The notes below the pieces were generated by a model. It did not search any database. It saw only the letters and a list, made by a program, of their open reading frames with translations, and was not told the DNA's origin. Below, piece by piece: positions 18,193-27,882 of a stretch of 64,000 nucleotides of DNA. This DNA is from Acidimicrobiia bacterium (GTDB taxonomy: Bacteria > Actinomycetota > Acidimicrobiia > Spongiisociales > ZC4RG35). The position numbers and the translations under genes were made by a program. The stretch spans positions 1,696,001 to 1,760,000 of the forward strand of contig CBDBCY010000004.1 of the NCBI GenBank assembly GCA_965203555.1, given 5' to 3'. Every line of letters starts with the position of its first letter. Within the stretch, counting starts at the first letter, position 1.

Positions 18193-19035
18193 ATGTCCAA
18201 TCAGGTAACCGCCGCCCTGATCCAATCGGAGTGGACCGGCGACAAGGAGTCGATGGTCGACAAGAACATCGACTACGCTCGGGAGGCGGCAGAGCAGGGA
18301 GCGCAGGTGCTCTGCTTCCAGGAGATTTTCAACAGCCCTTACTTCTGCAACGTCCAGGACAGCGACAATTACTCCTACGCCGAGCCGATCCCGGACGGGC
18401 CGACCATTCGACGCATGATCTCATTGGCCGAGGAGACCGGGATGGTCCTGGTGGTCCCCATCTACGAGGTGGTCGACGAGGGAACGTTCTTCAACACCGC
18501 GGCGGTGATCGATGCCGACGGCACATTCCTGGGCAGATACCGCAAGACCCACATCCCGCAGGTGAAAGGGTTCTGGGAAAAGTTCTACTTCCGGCCCGGC
18601 AACCTGGGCTACCCGGTCTTCGACACGGCGGTGGGAAGGATCGGGGTCTACATCTGCTACGACCGCCACTTTCCCGAAGGGTGGAGAGTGCTGGGCCTCA
18701 AAGGCGCCCGCATCGTTTTCAACCCTTCCGCCACCACCCGGGGGCACTCGATGCACTTGTGGCAACTGGAGCAGACCGCCGCGGCGGTTGCAAACGAATA
18801 TTTCGTCGGCGCCATCAATCGGGTTGGACCGGAGGGTTACACCGACACCGACTACTACGGATCATCCTACTTCGCCAACCCCCGGGGGGAGATAGTGGGC
18901 GAAACAGCCTCGGACACCGAGGATGAGGTAGTGGTTCGCCAACTCGATCTGGGCCTGGTGGAGGAGGTACGGCGCTACTGGGCCTTCTACCGTGACCGTC
19001 GGCCCGAGGTCTACGAAGAGGTGGCGGCCGTCTAG
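18193..19035 (+). CDS. Beta-ureidopropionase-like nitrilase-family hydrolase
   Basis: CFQEIF, YRKTHIPQVKGFWEKFYFRPGN, YICYDRHFPEG; AGGAGG upstream. Confidence 0.88.
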   Translation: MSNQVTAALIQSEWTGDKESMVDKNIDYAREAAEQGAQVLCFQEIFNSPYFCNVQDSDNYSYAEPIPDGPTIRRMISLAEETGMVLVVPIYEVVDEGTFFNTAAVIDADGTFLGRYRKTHIPQVKGFWEKFYFRPGNLGYPVFDTAVGRIGVYICYDRHFPEGWRVLGLKGARIVFNPSATTRGHSMHLWQLEQTAAAVANEYFVGAINRVGPEGYTDTDYYGSSYFANPRGEIVGETASDTEDEVVVRQLDLGLVEEVRRYWAFYRDRRPEVYEEVAAV

Positions 19036-19046
19036 GCCGAAATCCT

Positions 19047-20084
19047 TTACTCGCCGGAAGGCTGCTCCGACTTCACCCACACGGTTCGTTGCGGGAAAGG
19101 TATCTCTATTCCGGCCTGGTCGAGGGCTTCTTTGAGGCGACCGCGCAACTCCCGGGCGGCGGCGAATTGTTCCCCCGGCTCGGTTTTGGCCATCAGTCTT
19201 ATCGCTATAGCACTTTCTCCAAAGCTCTGGACGCCGGCGATGGTGGGCTCTGCGATGATGGTGGCGTTCGGCAGTTGCTCACGCCACATCCCGTCAGCCA
19301 CCTGCTTGATGACCGCCATAGCCTCGCCGATGTTCGTGTCGTATGCGACCTCGATATCCAGGACCGCCTGTCCCCAGTCCTGTGACATGTTGGCCACCCG
19401 CCGGATCTCCCCGTTGGGAATGTGCCACAGTGTGCCGTTGATGTCCCGAACCTGCGTGGTGCGAAGCTTCACTTCTTCCACTACCCCGACCGTGTCTCCG
19501 GCGTCAATCACGTCGCCTACCCCGTACTGATCCTCCAGCAGCATGAACACTCCCGACAAAAAGTCCTTGACAAGACTCTGCGCACCGAAGCCAACCGCCA
19601 CGCCCACGATGCCAGCGCCGGCAATCAAGGGTCCCAGATTCACGTCAAACTCTGCCATAGCCATCATCACAGCCAGGCCGTAGATGGCGATAGAGGCCAT
19701 CGATCGCAACACGGCACCAAGCGTTCTGGTCCGCTGGCTGCTCCGTTCACTCTGCTCAACCACTATTCGGGCCCGGCGAAGCGCTGCCTCACGCAACCCG
19801 TCGACCAGGCCGGAGACCTCGGTCGACTCCTCACGAGCTTTGGCGACCGCCGCCACACGGCGTTCCAGCCAACCCTCCACCGCTCCGTCCAACCACCGCC
19901 GCACAATACGGTTGCCAATCCAGGCCGCCAGGAGAATCAGCGCAGCCTTGACGGGACGGGCCGCAATCTCAGAGATGCGAGCCGCATCCGTGCTGCCGGT
20001 CAGGTCGAAAACCATGCTGCACACCGCGCCCGCGTCAGCGCCGCAGGCGTCAGTTACCGTTTGTGCGAGTACAAGGTAAGGCAT
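19047..20084 (-). CDS. Small-conductance mechanosensitive channel (MscS family)
   Basis: AVGFGAQSLVKDFLSG, EDQYGVGD, HIPNGEI, GIEIPFPQR. Confidence 0.9.
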   Translation of the reverse strand: MPYLVLAQTVTDACGADAGAVCSMVFDLTGSTDAARISEIAARPVKAALILLAAWIGNRIVRRWLDGAVEGWLERRVAAVAKAREESTEVSGLVDGLREAALRRARIVVEQSERSSQRTRTLGAVLRSMASIAIYGLAVMMAMAEFDVNLGPLIAGAGIVGVAVGFGAQSLVKDFLSGVFMLLEDQYGVGDVIDAGDTVGVVEEVKLRTTQVRDINGTLWHIPNGEIRRVANMSQDWGQAVLDIEVAYDTNIGEAMAVIKQVADGMWREQLPNATIIAEPTIAGVQSFGESAIAIRLMAKTEPGEQFAAARELRGRLKEALDQAGIEIPFPQRTVWVKSEQPSGE

Positions 20085-20198
20085 TTCTGTCTCCTAAACG
20101 ATTCTGACGCCAGTTTAATTGGGCAAGGCGGATTAGCGTTTCCATACGTTGTCCACAGATGAGACAGCACGATTGGTCCGGTTCGATAGAGAGGCGCC

Positions 20199-20837
20199 AT
20201 GAGGTTCATCAACCGATCCCACGCCGGCCGTAGGCTGGCCCGCCGCCTCGACCACCTGCTCAACGAACCCATCGTGATCCTCGGCCTTCCCCGCGGCGGC
20301 ATACCCGTGGGTTTCGAAGTAGCCCGGCGACTATCCGCGCCTCTGGAGCTTTTGCTGGTGCGCAAGCTCGGTGCTCCGTTTCAGCCCGAACTCGCCATAG
20401 GAGCACTGGGTGAAGGGGAGATACGGATAATCGATGAACAACGCCTCACGTATCTTGGTATCAGCTCAGACCAGGTAGCCGAAGTTGAGCGGCGAGAGCG
20501 CAAGGAGATTACGAGACAGGCCGAATTGTTCCGGCAAGGCCGTCCAGCCGCCGATCTGAAGAAGAAGACCGCCGTAATTGTCGATGACGGCATCGCCACC
20601 GGATCCACGGCCCTGGCCGCCTGTTCCATTTCCCGCCAACTCGGCGCCGACCGGATAGTCCTGGCCACTCCGGTCGCCCCGCGGCAGGCTCCCGCCATCT
20701 TTGAAAACGCGGTCGACGAGTTCGTGGCTGTGGCCACTCCGCGACGCCTGGGCGCCATCGGCCTTTACTACACCGACTTTCGACCCACTTCGGACCGCGA
20801 GGTGATCGAGTTGCTGGAGCGGTCCCGCCTGGGATAG
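20199..20837 (+). CDS. Phosphoribosyltransferase-family protein
   Basis: LGLPRGG, VRKLGAP, IVDDGIATGST. Confidence 0.88.
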   Translation: MRFINRSHAGRRLARRLDHLLNEPIVILGLPRGGIPVGFEVARRLSAPLELLLVRKLGAPFQPELAIGALGEGEIRIIDEQRLTYLGISSDQVAEVERRERKEITRQAELFRQGRPAADLKKKTAVIVDDGIATGSTALAACSISRQLGADRIVLATPVAPRQAPAIFENAVDEFVAVATPRRLGAIGLYYTDFRPTSDREVIELLERSRLG

Positions 20838-20966
20838 TCGGGGCCGTGCCGGCAACCGCCTCACCTGACCGGAGCGTCGTGACGGGACCTGCCCTGGATA
20901 AGACGGTAATCAGGGCCGTCACTGAACCTTGATGCCCGGAAAGGTAGACGCCGGTGTATCCGGTAG

Positions 20967-21458
20967 TTACTCCCGGGACCCCAGTTCGTGGTCGATCAGC
21001 GCCAAGCCCACTTCACTGCCCTCGAGGCGCCGTATCCGCTCCCAGGTCCCTCCCACCGATGCCTCCTCCTCTATCTGCTCTGTCAAGAAGCCTTGCAGGA
21101 AAGGCAGGCTGTCGAGGTCATCGATTTCGACGGCCAACCGGTAAAGGTCACGAATCCGCTCGGACACCATCTGCTCATGGCGTAGGGCTTCTTCGAATAC
21201 GTGTGCCGGGTTGTCGAACTTGCTGGTCGGCGCCCCGATGGCGCCGATCTCCACCCTGCCGCCCCGTTCCAGAAGAAAGTCGATGAACATCCGGGCGTGC
21301 TCAGCCTCTTCTTCCGACTGGTGGGTCATCCAGCTCGCCATGCCCGGCCGCCCGTCCCTTTCCAGGTGCACCGACATCTGCAGGTAAGCCAACGCGGCGC
21401 TCAACTCGCAGGTGATCTGATCGTTGAGAGCCGCCTCCATCTGCTCTGTCAGGGCCAT
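20967..21458 (-). CDS. ftnA: Non-heme ferritin
   Basis: LNDQITCE, QSEEEAEHA, HEQMVS, EQIEEE ferroxidase pattern; 163 aa. Confidence 0.85.
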   Translation of the reverse strand: MALTEQMEAALNDQITCELSAALAYLQMSVHLERDGRPGMASWMTHQSEEEAEHARMFIDFLLERGGRVEIGAIGAPTSKFDNPAHVFEEALRHEQMVSERIRDLYRLAVEIDDLDSLPFLQGFLTEQIEEEASVGGTWERIRRLEGSEVGLALIDHELGSRE

Positions 21459-21620
21459 TTTCCTCTCCTCTGCTCGGTTTGGGATTACCAGGTTGCGTCA
21501 AGCTTAACGCCATCCGCCGGAAAGCAGCACCGTCGGGAGTGTCCGCTGCCCGCATGACGGCCTTTTCCACCCTCGTTGCGTCGGCGCCAAAGGCGACCCC
21601 CGCACATCGTGAAGGAGCCA

Positions 21621-22907
21621 CTACTCCAGCATGTAGACCCGCTTGGCCTTACCCACTTCCTGGCGGGGAAGTTCTCCCGGATCGCTGACCGTTACCTTCA
21701 CGCGCAGCCGAACGGCTTCGAGCAGTCTCTTCTCCAGCCGCCGCGCAACCGTCTCCCGGCGGGCCACCGAGTCCGGGTGCCGCAGCTCCACCCTGGCCTC
21801 GATCTCGGCCAGGACTCCCCGTTTGTCGACGCAGATGAGAAACTGGCCTCCCACATCGGGGTCAGCGAGCAACACGCTCTCGATTTCACGGGGATACACA
21901 TTGACGCCCCGCACGATCAGCATGTCGTCGACCCGGCCCCACAGTCGGTCCATACACCGAAACGGCAATCCGCCCACCGGCGGCAGGAGCCGGGTTATGT
22001 CACCGGTCCTGTATCTGATCACGGGCTGCGCCTGCTTGGTGAGGGTGGTGAGCACCAGTTCACCCACTTCACCGTCGGGAAGCCGCTTGTCGGTGGAAGG
22101 ATCGATGATCTCCGGATAGAAGTGGTCTTCGGCGATTACCAGCCGACCCTTGTGTTCCACCCATTCCGACGCCACCCCGGGACCGATGATCTCCGACAGG
22201 CCGTAGATGTCGCAGGCGTCGAACCCGCCGCCCCATGCCTGCTCGATCTTCTGCCGCATGCCCTCCGACCAAGGTTCGGCGCCGTGGATACCCCAACGAA
22301 GCGAGATCGAGTCCAATAAGCCTTCTTCGGCGGCTCGTTCGGCAAGCAGGAGTGAATAGGAAGGCGTGCATGCCAATCCGGTGGCACCCAGATCGGCCAG
22401 CATCTGCACCTGAAAGCCCGAATTCCCTCCCGAGGCGGGAACGGCGGTGGCGCCCAAGGCCTCCACTCCGAAGTGAAGTCCCAGACCCCCGGTGAAGAGT
22501 CCGTATCCGTAGGCAACATGGACCATCGAACCCGAATCGGCGCCCGCCAGGGCCAGGGACCGGGCGTTGACCTCCGCGAACATGCGCACGTCGGCGGCGG
22601 TGTAGGCGCCGATGGTGGGCTTACCCGAGGTCCCCGAAGAAGCATGGACCCGCACCACTTCCCTCATCGGAGCGGCCACCATCCCGAAGGGATAGGCCTG
22701 CCGGAACTCGGCCTTGGTGGTCATGGGCAATTGGTTCAGGTCATCAAGAGTTCTCACCGCGCCGGCATCTGCGAGTTTGCCGCGCCAGAAAGGACTGTCC
22801 ACTTCCCGCAGACGGTCGACGAGCGTCACCAGCCTGTCCGACTGAGTTCCGCGCAACTCCTCCTGCGTCAACGAAACGAAATCCGATGGATAAAGGCCGG
22901 TCCCCAT
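21621..22907 (-). CDS. paaK: Phenylacetate-CoA ligase
   Basis: HASSGTSGKP, YGYGLFTGGLG, DIYGLSEIIGPG, RYRTGD, GRVDDMLIVRGVNVYP; AGGAG before ATG 22907. Confidence 0.85.
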   Translation of the reverse strand: MGTGLYPSDFVSLTQEELRGTQSDRLVTLVDRLREVDSPFWRGKLADAGAVRTLDDLNQLPMTTKAEFRQAYPFGMVAAPMREVVRVHASSGTSGKPTIGAYTAADVRMFAEVNARSLALAGADSGSMVHVAYGYGLFTGGLGLHFGVEALGATAVPASGGNSGFQVQMLADLGATGLACTPSYSLLLAERAAEEGLLDSISLRWGIHGAEPWSEGMRQKIEQAWGGGFDACDIYGLSEIIGPGVASEWVEHKGRLVIAEDHFYPEIIDPSTDKRLPDGEVGELVLTTLTKQAQPVIRYRTGDITRLLPPVGGLPFRCMDRLWGRVDDMLIVRGVNVYPREIESVLLADPDVGGQFLICVDKRGVLAEIEARVELRHPDSVARRETVARRLEKRLLEAVRLRVKVTVSDPGELPRQEVGKAKRVYMLE

Positions 22908-23125
22908 GTGTGCTCCTACTCTATTCTGCCGACGCCGTCTGCGCCATGGCGCCTCGCGCCGACCCCTGTCGGTTTCGGGCGGTAGCCGGGACAACCCCTG
23001 AGAGCTTCATCATCGGGTCATGGACGCGGGGCTGCGGCGGCCGTATTTCGACCCCACCACCTGGCGGCGCTGTATGTCTCCCAAGTCCGGTTCGGCGCAA
23101 CATTTCCCTTTCGCAAGCAATTCCT

Positions 23126-23163
23126 TCCTTATATCTATATATAATGATCTCTTTATATAAGGA
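23126..23163 (+). promoter_or_regulatory. AT-rich promoter/operator of the amide-transport operon
   Basis: TATAAT at 23140-23145 flanked by a 9-bp inverted repeat TCCTTATAT / ATATAAGGA that overlaps the AAGGAGG RBS. Confidence 0.55.
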
Positions 23164-23169
23164 GGTATT

Positions 23170-24462
23170 ATGCCACTAATCAAGGTCAGATCAAAGCCGC
23201 GGTTATCCGGCGCCATCAGGTGGTCGGCGTTGCTGGCTGCACTTTCATTGCTGTTCACGGCCTGCTCGAATGATGCCGATTCGCCGACCACCACCGCCAC
23301 AGAAGTTGCTCCCACAACCCAGGCGCCCAGCACCACAACTCAAGCGCCGACCACAACCACCTCTGCGCCCGCCGAACCTATCCGCATCGGCATTCTTTAC
23401 TCGGCGACCGGCCCGGCGGGCGTCTTCGGACCACCGGTGGAGAACATTGCCAAACTCATCGAATCGGATATCAATGGGGCGGGTGGAATCCTCGGCCGAA
23501 CAGTTGAAACGGTTATGGCTGACGACGCCACCGACCCGGAGGTGGGCCGTGCGAGCATGGAACGCCTGCTTGACGAGGAAAGGGTCGATGTTGTAATCGG
23601 GACCCACTCCTCGGCGACCCGCGCCGCCGCCAAGCCATTGGCCGAGGCAGCCGACACCCTGTACATCTATGCCGCTCTATACGAGGGCGGCGAATGCTCC
23701 CCGGTCATGTTCAACACCGGTGAAGTCCCCAGCCAACAGCTTCAAACCACCATCCCATGGATGATGGAAGACACGGGTGGAAGTACATGGTTCCTCCTCG
23801 GAAACGACTACCTGTGGCCTCGCCGAAGCTTCGAATGGGCCCGTCAATACATAGAATCCGCAGGCGGCGAGGTGGTTGGAGAGGAATACGTGCCCTTGGG
23901 CACCACCGATTTTTCATCGGTGGCCCAGCAAATCATCTCCGCCGATCCCGACCTGATCTTCCCGGCGCTGGTGGGCGGCGACGCCATCGCCTTCGAAACC
24001 CAGGCCTTCGACTTCGGGATCGGACAGGCCGAAATACCCCGTCTGGCCAACATCTATGAAGAAAACGTGATAGGCGCCATGGGTCCCAGCGTGGCATCCG
24101 GGATGCGGGTGACGCTTGGTTATTTCAAGGAAGCCGGGGGCGCCGAAAACTCCGCCTTCGTGGAACGTTATCTGGAGACGTTCGGAGCGGACGCCGCGCC
24201 CCACGCCACCTTCAGCGCTCATGTTTACGACGCCGCACTGTTGTACGCCGAGGCGGCCAACCGGGCCGGAACCATCGAGACGTACGATGTTGCCGACGCC
24301 ATGATCGGCCTGTCCATCGAAACGCCGACGGGCGTCATCACGGTCACCGACAGCCGTCACCTCACTCAACCCATCTATGTAGTGGAAGTGCAGGAAGACG
24401 GTACCCAGACCGTGGTGCAAACCTTCGAAGGGGTGCACCCCGAGGAAAGCTGTACACCCTGA
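23170..24462 (+). CDS. Urea/amide-type (UrtA/AmiC-like) ABC substrate-binding lipoprotein
   Basis: Lipobox LFTAC, Thr-rich linker, GTHSSATR, LYEGGEC, GNDYLWPR. Confidence 0.85.
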   Translation: MPLIKVRSKPRLSGAIRWSALLAALSLLFTACSNDADSPTTTATEVAPTTQAPSTTTQAPTTTTSAPAEPIRIGILYSATGPAGVFGPPVENIAKLIESDINGAGGILGRTVETVMADDATDPEVGRASMERLLDEERVDVVIGTHSSATRAAAKPLAEAADTLYIYAALYEGGECSPVMFNTGEVPSQQLQTTIPWMMEDTGGSTWFLLGNDYLWPRRSFEWARQYIESAGGEVVGEEYVPLGTTDFSSVAQQIISADPDLIFPALVGGDAIAFETQAFDFGIGQAEIPRLANIYEENVIGAMGPSVASGMRVTLGYFKEAGGAENSAFVERYLETFGADAAPHATFSAHVYDAALLYAEAANRAGTIETYDVADAMIGLSIETPTGVITVTDSRHLTQPIYVVEVQEDGTQTVVQTFEGVHPEESCTP

Positions 24463-24474
24463 GCCGGGTCCGCC

Positions 24475-24515
24475 GTAGCGGCCGACGAAAGCCAATGCTT
24501 TTTGTCGGCCGCTAC
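24475..24515 (+). terminator. Intercistronic stem-loop after the binding-protein gene (partial terminator or mRNA stabiliser)
   Basis: GTAGCGGCCGAC...GTCGGCCGCTAC, 12-bp perfect stem. Confidence 0.6.
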
Positions 24516-24583
24516 TCAAACGACCGGAGGTCCGCCTGCTGACGGGTAGTCGGTCTCCGCGTTTGACGAAAGAGAGCTGCTAA

Positions 24584-25435
24584 ATGGACGATTTGACGGT
24601 CGAGTTCCTGAACGGGGTGAGCTTGATGTCGGTCCTGGGCATTGCGGCACTGGGAATGGGAATCGTCTTCGGTCTGATGGGAGTCATCAATCTGGCGCAC
24701 GGCGAATTCCTGATGCTGGGCGCCTATGTTGCAGTGGTCTTCCATCAAGCCAATGTCAATCACTGGTTGTCCCTGGGCATGGCCGGATTGCTGATGTTCC
24801 TGGTAGGCGGCGCCGTAGAGATCGGATTGATCCGCCGCATCCACCAACACCCGGAACTGACCATCCTGGCCACCTTCGGTCTCTCCATAGTGCTGCGCCA
24901 GATCGCCGAATTGATCTTTTCGAAGGATCTGCGGTCGGTGCCCAACCCGAACCCGGGCGCCACCGAGGCATTCGGTGTCCTCTACCCGACTTACCGGTAC
25001 TACGTGATCTTGATAGCGATGGCCATCGTTATCGCCACTCTGCTCGTCTTCACCCGGTCACGGTTCGGGCTTCAAATACGGGCTGTGGTCGCCAACACGG
25101 ACTTGGCGGAGATGGTCGGCCTTCGGACCAGCAGGGTGAACTTCCTCGCATTCGGGGTTGGGGCGGCAACTGCCGGCATTGCCGGGGCACTGATAGCACC
25201 CCTGGGAAGCGTCTCTCCCGACCTCGGTCGTCTATACCTGCCAGGGGCATTCCTGGTGGTTATCGCCGGGGGGATAGGACGGATGTGGAGCGTCCCGATC
25301 GGAGCATTGGTGGTTGCCGCCACCCAGACCGGTGTAACCCACTACATAGACGCGGTTTGGGGCCAGATCGCCGTTCTGCTGCTGGCGGTCATCGTCCTGC
25401 AAATGCGCAAACACCAAAAGGCATTGGCTGTTTAG
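24584..25435 (+). CDS. Branched-chain/urea-type ABC permease
   Basis: FGLMGVINLAHGEF, FGLQIRAV. Confidence 0.9.
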   Translation: MDDLTVEFLNGVSLMSVLGIAALGMGIVFGLMGVINLAHGEFLMLGAYVAVVFHQANVNHWLSLGMAGLLMFLVGGAVEIGLIRRIHQHPELTILATFGLSIVLRQIAELIFSKDLRSVPNPNPGATEAFGVLYPTYRYYVILIAMAIVIATLLVFTRSRFGLQIRAVVANTDLAEMVGLRTSRVNFLAFGVGAATAGIAGALIAPLGSVSPDLGRLYLPGAFLVVIAGGIGRMWSVPIGALVVAATQTGVTHYIDAVWGQIAVLLLAVIVLQMRKHQKALAV

Positions 25436-25436
25436 C

Positions 25437-27182
25437 ATGAGCAAACCCTGGTCGGCGGCGATCTTGGGAACCTGTCTTGTGATAGGCGTCAACTTTGGCC
25501 TGGGGGCTTTCCGAGGCGGGCAACTCTCCTTGTTCTTGGTGCTGGCCCTGGTGGCGGTCAGTCTCGATCTGGTCTGGGGATTTGCCGGCATTCTCTCCTT
25601 CGGGCAATCCATTCCATTCGGCGTTGCCGCCTACGTGACGGCCAAGATCACCATCGCCGCCCCGGAACTGGGAGTCGCGGCGATACCGGTGGCTGTTCTG
25701 GCGGGATCCGCGGTGGCATTCGTCATTGCACAAGCTGCCTTCCGGCGTCGACTCTCGGTGGTGGTGATCGGCCTGCTCACCTTGATGCTGTCCCTGGCCA
25801 CCGAGACGATCGTTCGCCAAATGCGGGACATAACCGGAGGTTTCAACGGTCTGACCAACATTCCCCGCCTCCAACTGGGATCCGTGCAACTCGATGATCG
25901 GACCCAGGACATCGTCATCGCGGTGGTCTGCATGCTGGTTTTCTCGTTGATCGCCACCTTGGTTCGCCGCCCGCTGGGCGCGGTGCTGATCGGCGTTCGA
26001 GACAACGAACCCCGTATGGCCGCTCTGGGATACGACACCGTCTCGTTGAAGATATGGGTCTTCACGCTGGGAGGCGCCGTCGCCGGACTGGCCGGAGCGC
26101 TCTACGCCCCTCGCACCGCATTCGTCTCGCCGGGACTGTTCGGATTCGTGTTCGCCACCAACCTGGTGCTGTGGGTGCTGATCGGAGGCCGGGAAACGAT
26201 TATCGGCCCGGTCGTGGGAACGCTCGTCATCAATTTCGTCACCGCCGCCCTGGCTGACGAGTGGCTCCAGTATTGGGTCCTGGCTACCGGGGCCATCTTC
26301 ATAGTGGCGGTCCTGTTCATTCCCGAGGGTTTGATCCCCACCCTGTTACGGCTGTTCGGCAAACCGATCCGCGCGGCACCCGTCGTCGACCTGACCGTAT
26401 CCGCTGGAGGCGAGGCGCCTCCCCGCCAGGATGACATCTTCGCGGTCAGAGGGCTGTCCATGACCTATGGGCAGTTCACAGCCATCGACGACCTCACGCT
26501 GACCATGTCCAAGCCCCTGCTTCACTGTCTCATCGGACCGAACGGCGCCGGCAAGTCCACCCTCCTGGACGGTCTCTGCGGACAGCAATCACCCAGCAAA
26601 GGAGGGGTGACCCTCCTCGGCGCGGATATGACCAACCGCAAATCATGGCAGATAGCCCGTCATGGCGTGTCGCGAAAATTCCAGGCGCCCCAGGTGCTTC
26701 CGACCCTGACGGTTGCGGAGAATCTGGCGGTGGCGAGTTGGGGCGCCCGCGCCTCCTTTTGGTCACTGGTCAGCCAACGTTGGGAAGCAGTCGTCTCTGC
26801 GGCGGCCAATGAGATCCTTCAACAGACCGGACTCGTCGACAGTGGCCATCGTCCGGCCGGGGAGTTGTCACACGGAAAAAAGCAGTGGCTTGAAATAGCC
26901 ATGGCCCTGAGCCGAAACTGCCGGCTCCTCCTACTGGATGAACCTACCGCCGGATTGACACCGTCCGAAAGTCAGTACGCCGCCGCCCTGCTGCGGAGAG
27001 TACACCAGCAGTACCACTTACCTGTGGTAATCGTCGAACACGACATGGCATTCATTCGATCGGTGGCCGATCGGGTCACCGTCCTGGCCCGAGGCGTCCT
27101 GTTGGCTGACGGCGCCGTCTCGGAGATAGAAGCCCACCCTGGCGTACGGGCCGTCTACATCGGCAAGGACAGTCACAGATGA
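25437..27182 (+). CDS. Fused ABC permease plus ATP-binding protein (UrtC-UrtD-like)
   Basis: WGFAGILSFGQ and GVRDNEPR, then GPNGAGKST, LSHGKKQWLE, LDEPTAG. Confidence 0.88.
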   Translation: MSKPWSAAILGTCLVIGVNFGLGAFRGGQLSLFLVLALVAVSLDLVWGFAGILSFGQSIPFGVAAYVTAKITIAAPELGVAAIPVAVLAGSAVAFVIAQAAFRRRLSVVVIGLLTLMLSLATETIVRQMRDITGGFNGLTNIPRLQLGSVQLDDRTQDIVIAVVCMLVFSLIATLVRRPLGAVLIGVRDNEPRMAALGYDTVSLKIWVFTLGGAVAGLAGALYAPRTAFVSPGLFGFVFATNLVLWVLIGGRETIIGPVVGTLVINFVTAALADEWLQYWVLATGAIFIVAVLFIPEGLIPTLLRLFGKPIRAAPVVDLTVSAGGEAPPRQDDIFAVRGLSMTYGQFTAIDDLTLTMSKPLLHCLIGPNGAGKSTLLDGLCGQQSPSKGGVTLLGADMTNRKSWQIARHGVSRKFQAPQVLPTLTVAENLAVASWGARASFWSLVSQRWEAVVSAAANEILQQTGLVDSGHRPAGELSHGKKQWLEIAMALSRNCRLLLLDEPTAGLTPSESQYAAALLRRVHQQYHLPVVIVEHDMAFIRSVADRVTVLARGVLLADGAVSEIEAHPGVRAVYIGKDSHR

Positions 27183-27868
27183 ATGGTCTCACCGTCCAGG
27201 AGATCTCGGCGGGATACGACACGGTCCCCGTTCTGCATTCGGTGAGCTTTTCCATCACCGGGGGCGAGATCGTGGCCCTGATTGGCCGCAACGGCGTGGG
27301 CAAGACCACTTTGGCTTCCGCTCTGGCCGGTCTGTTGCCGGCCACCTCCGGGTCGGTCCGGCTCGGCCCGGTGGACATAACTGCCGTCGCGCCGTCACGA
27401 CGAGTGCGGTGCGGCCTGAGGCTGGCGCCCCAGGAACAAGCGGTGTTTCCGAATCTGACCGTGGCGGAGAACCTGGAGGTTGCAGGCCTGTCCGGGGCCG
27501 GGATCAGGCGTTGCCTCGCTCTATTCCCCGAGTCGCTGCAGGGTCGGGAGAATCAGACCGCCGGCACGCTGTCGGGTGGGGAGCAGAAAATGCTGGCGGT
27601 GGCGCGCACCTTGATCCCGAACGCCGACATCCTGATACTGGACGAACCGGCCGAAGGCCTCCAGCCGTCAAACGTGGATCTATTGGGAAACCATCTCTCC
27701 CACGCCCGCGCCGCAGGGAAGGGGCTGTTGCTCATCGAACAACACCTGGCGTTGGCTCATCGACTCTCGGACCGATTCTTGGTGATGGAAAGAGGAGAAA
27801 TCGTGGACAGCGGCCCAGCCGGCGACCCGGAACTGGGCAAACGGATTGAAAAGCGACTTGTCATCTAA
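27179..27868 (+). CDS. ABC ATP-binding protein (LivF/UrtE-like)
   Basis: GRNGVGKTT, LSGGEQKML, LDEPAEGLQP. Confidence 0.9.
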   Translation: MNGLTVQEISAGYDTVPVLHSVSFSITGGEIVALIGRNGVGKTTLASALAGLLPATSGSVRLGPVDITAVAPSRRVRCGLRLAPQEQAVFPNLTVAENLEVAGLSGAGIRRCLALFPESLQGRENQTAGTLSGGEQKMLAVARTLIPNADILILDEPAEGLQPSNVDLLGNHLSHARAAGKGLLLIEQHLALAHRLSDRFLVMERGEIVDSGPAGDPELGKRIEKRLVI

Positions 27869-27882
27869 TAAGGAGTTGAGCG

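Noticed and set aside
20841-20922. Shared words (CCGTGCCGG, GACGGTAATC) with the minus strand of 40960-41054 as a repeated RNA element
   Set aside because: Matches are short and the intervening sequence differs; chance or a promoter -10 explains them.
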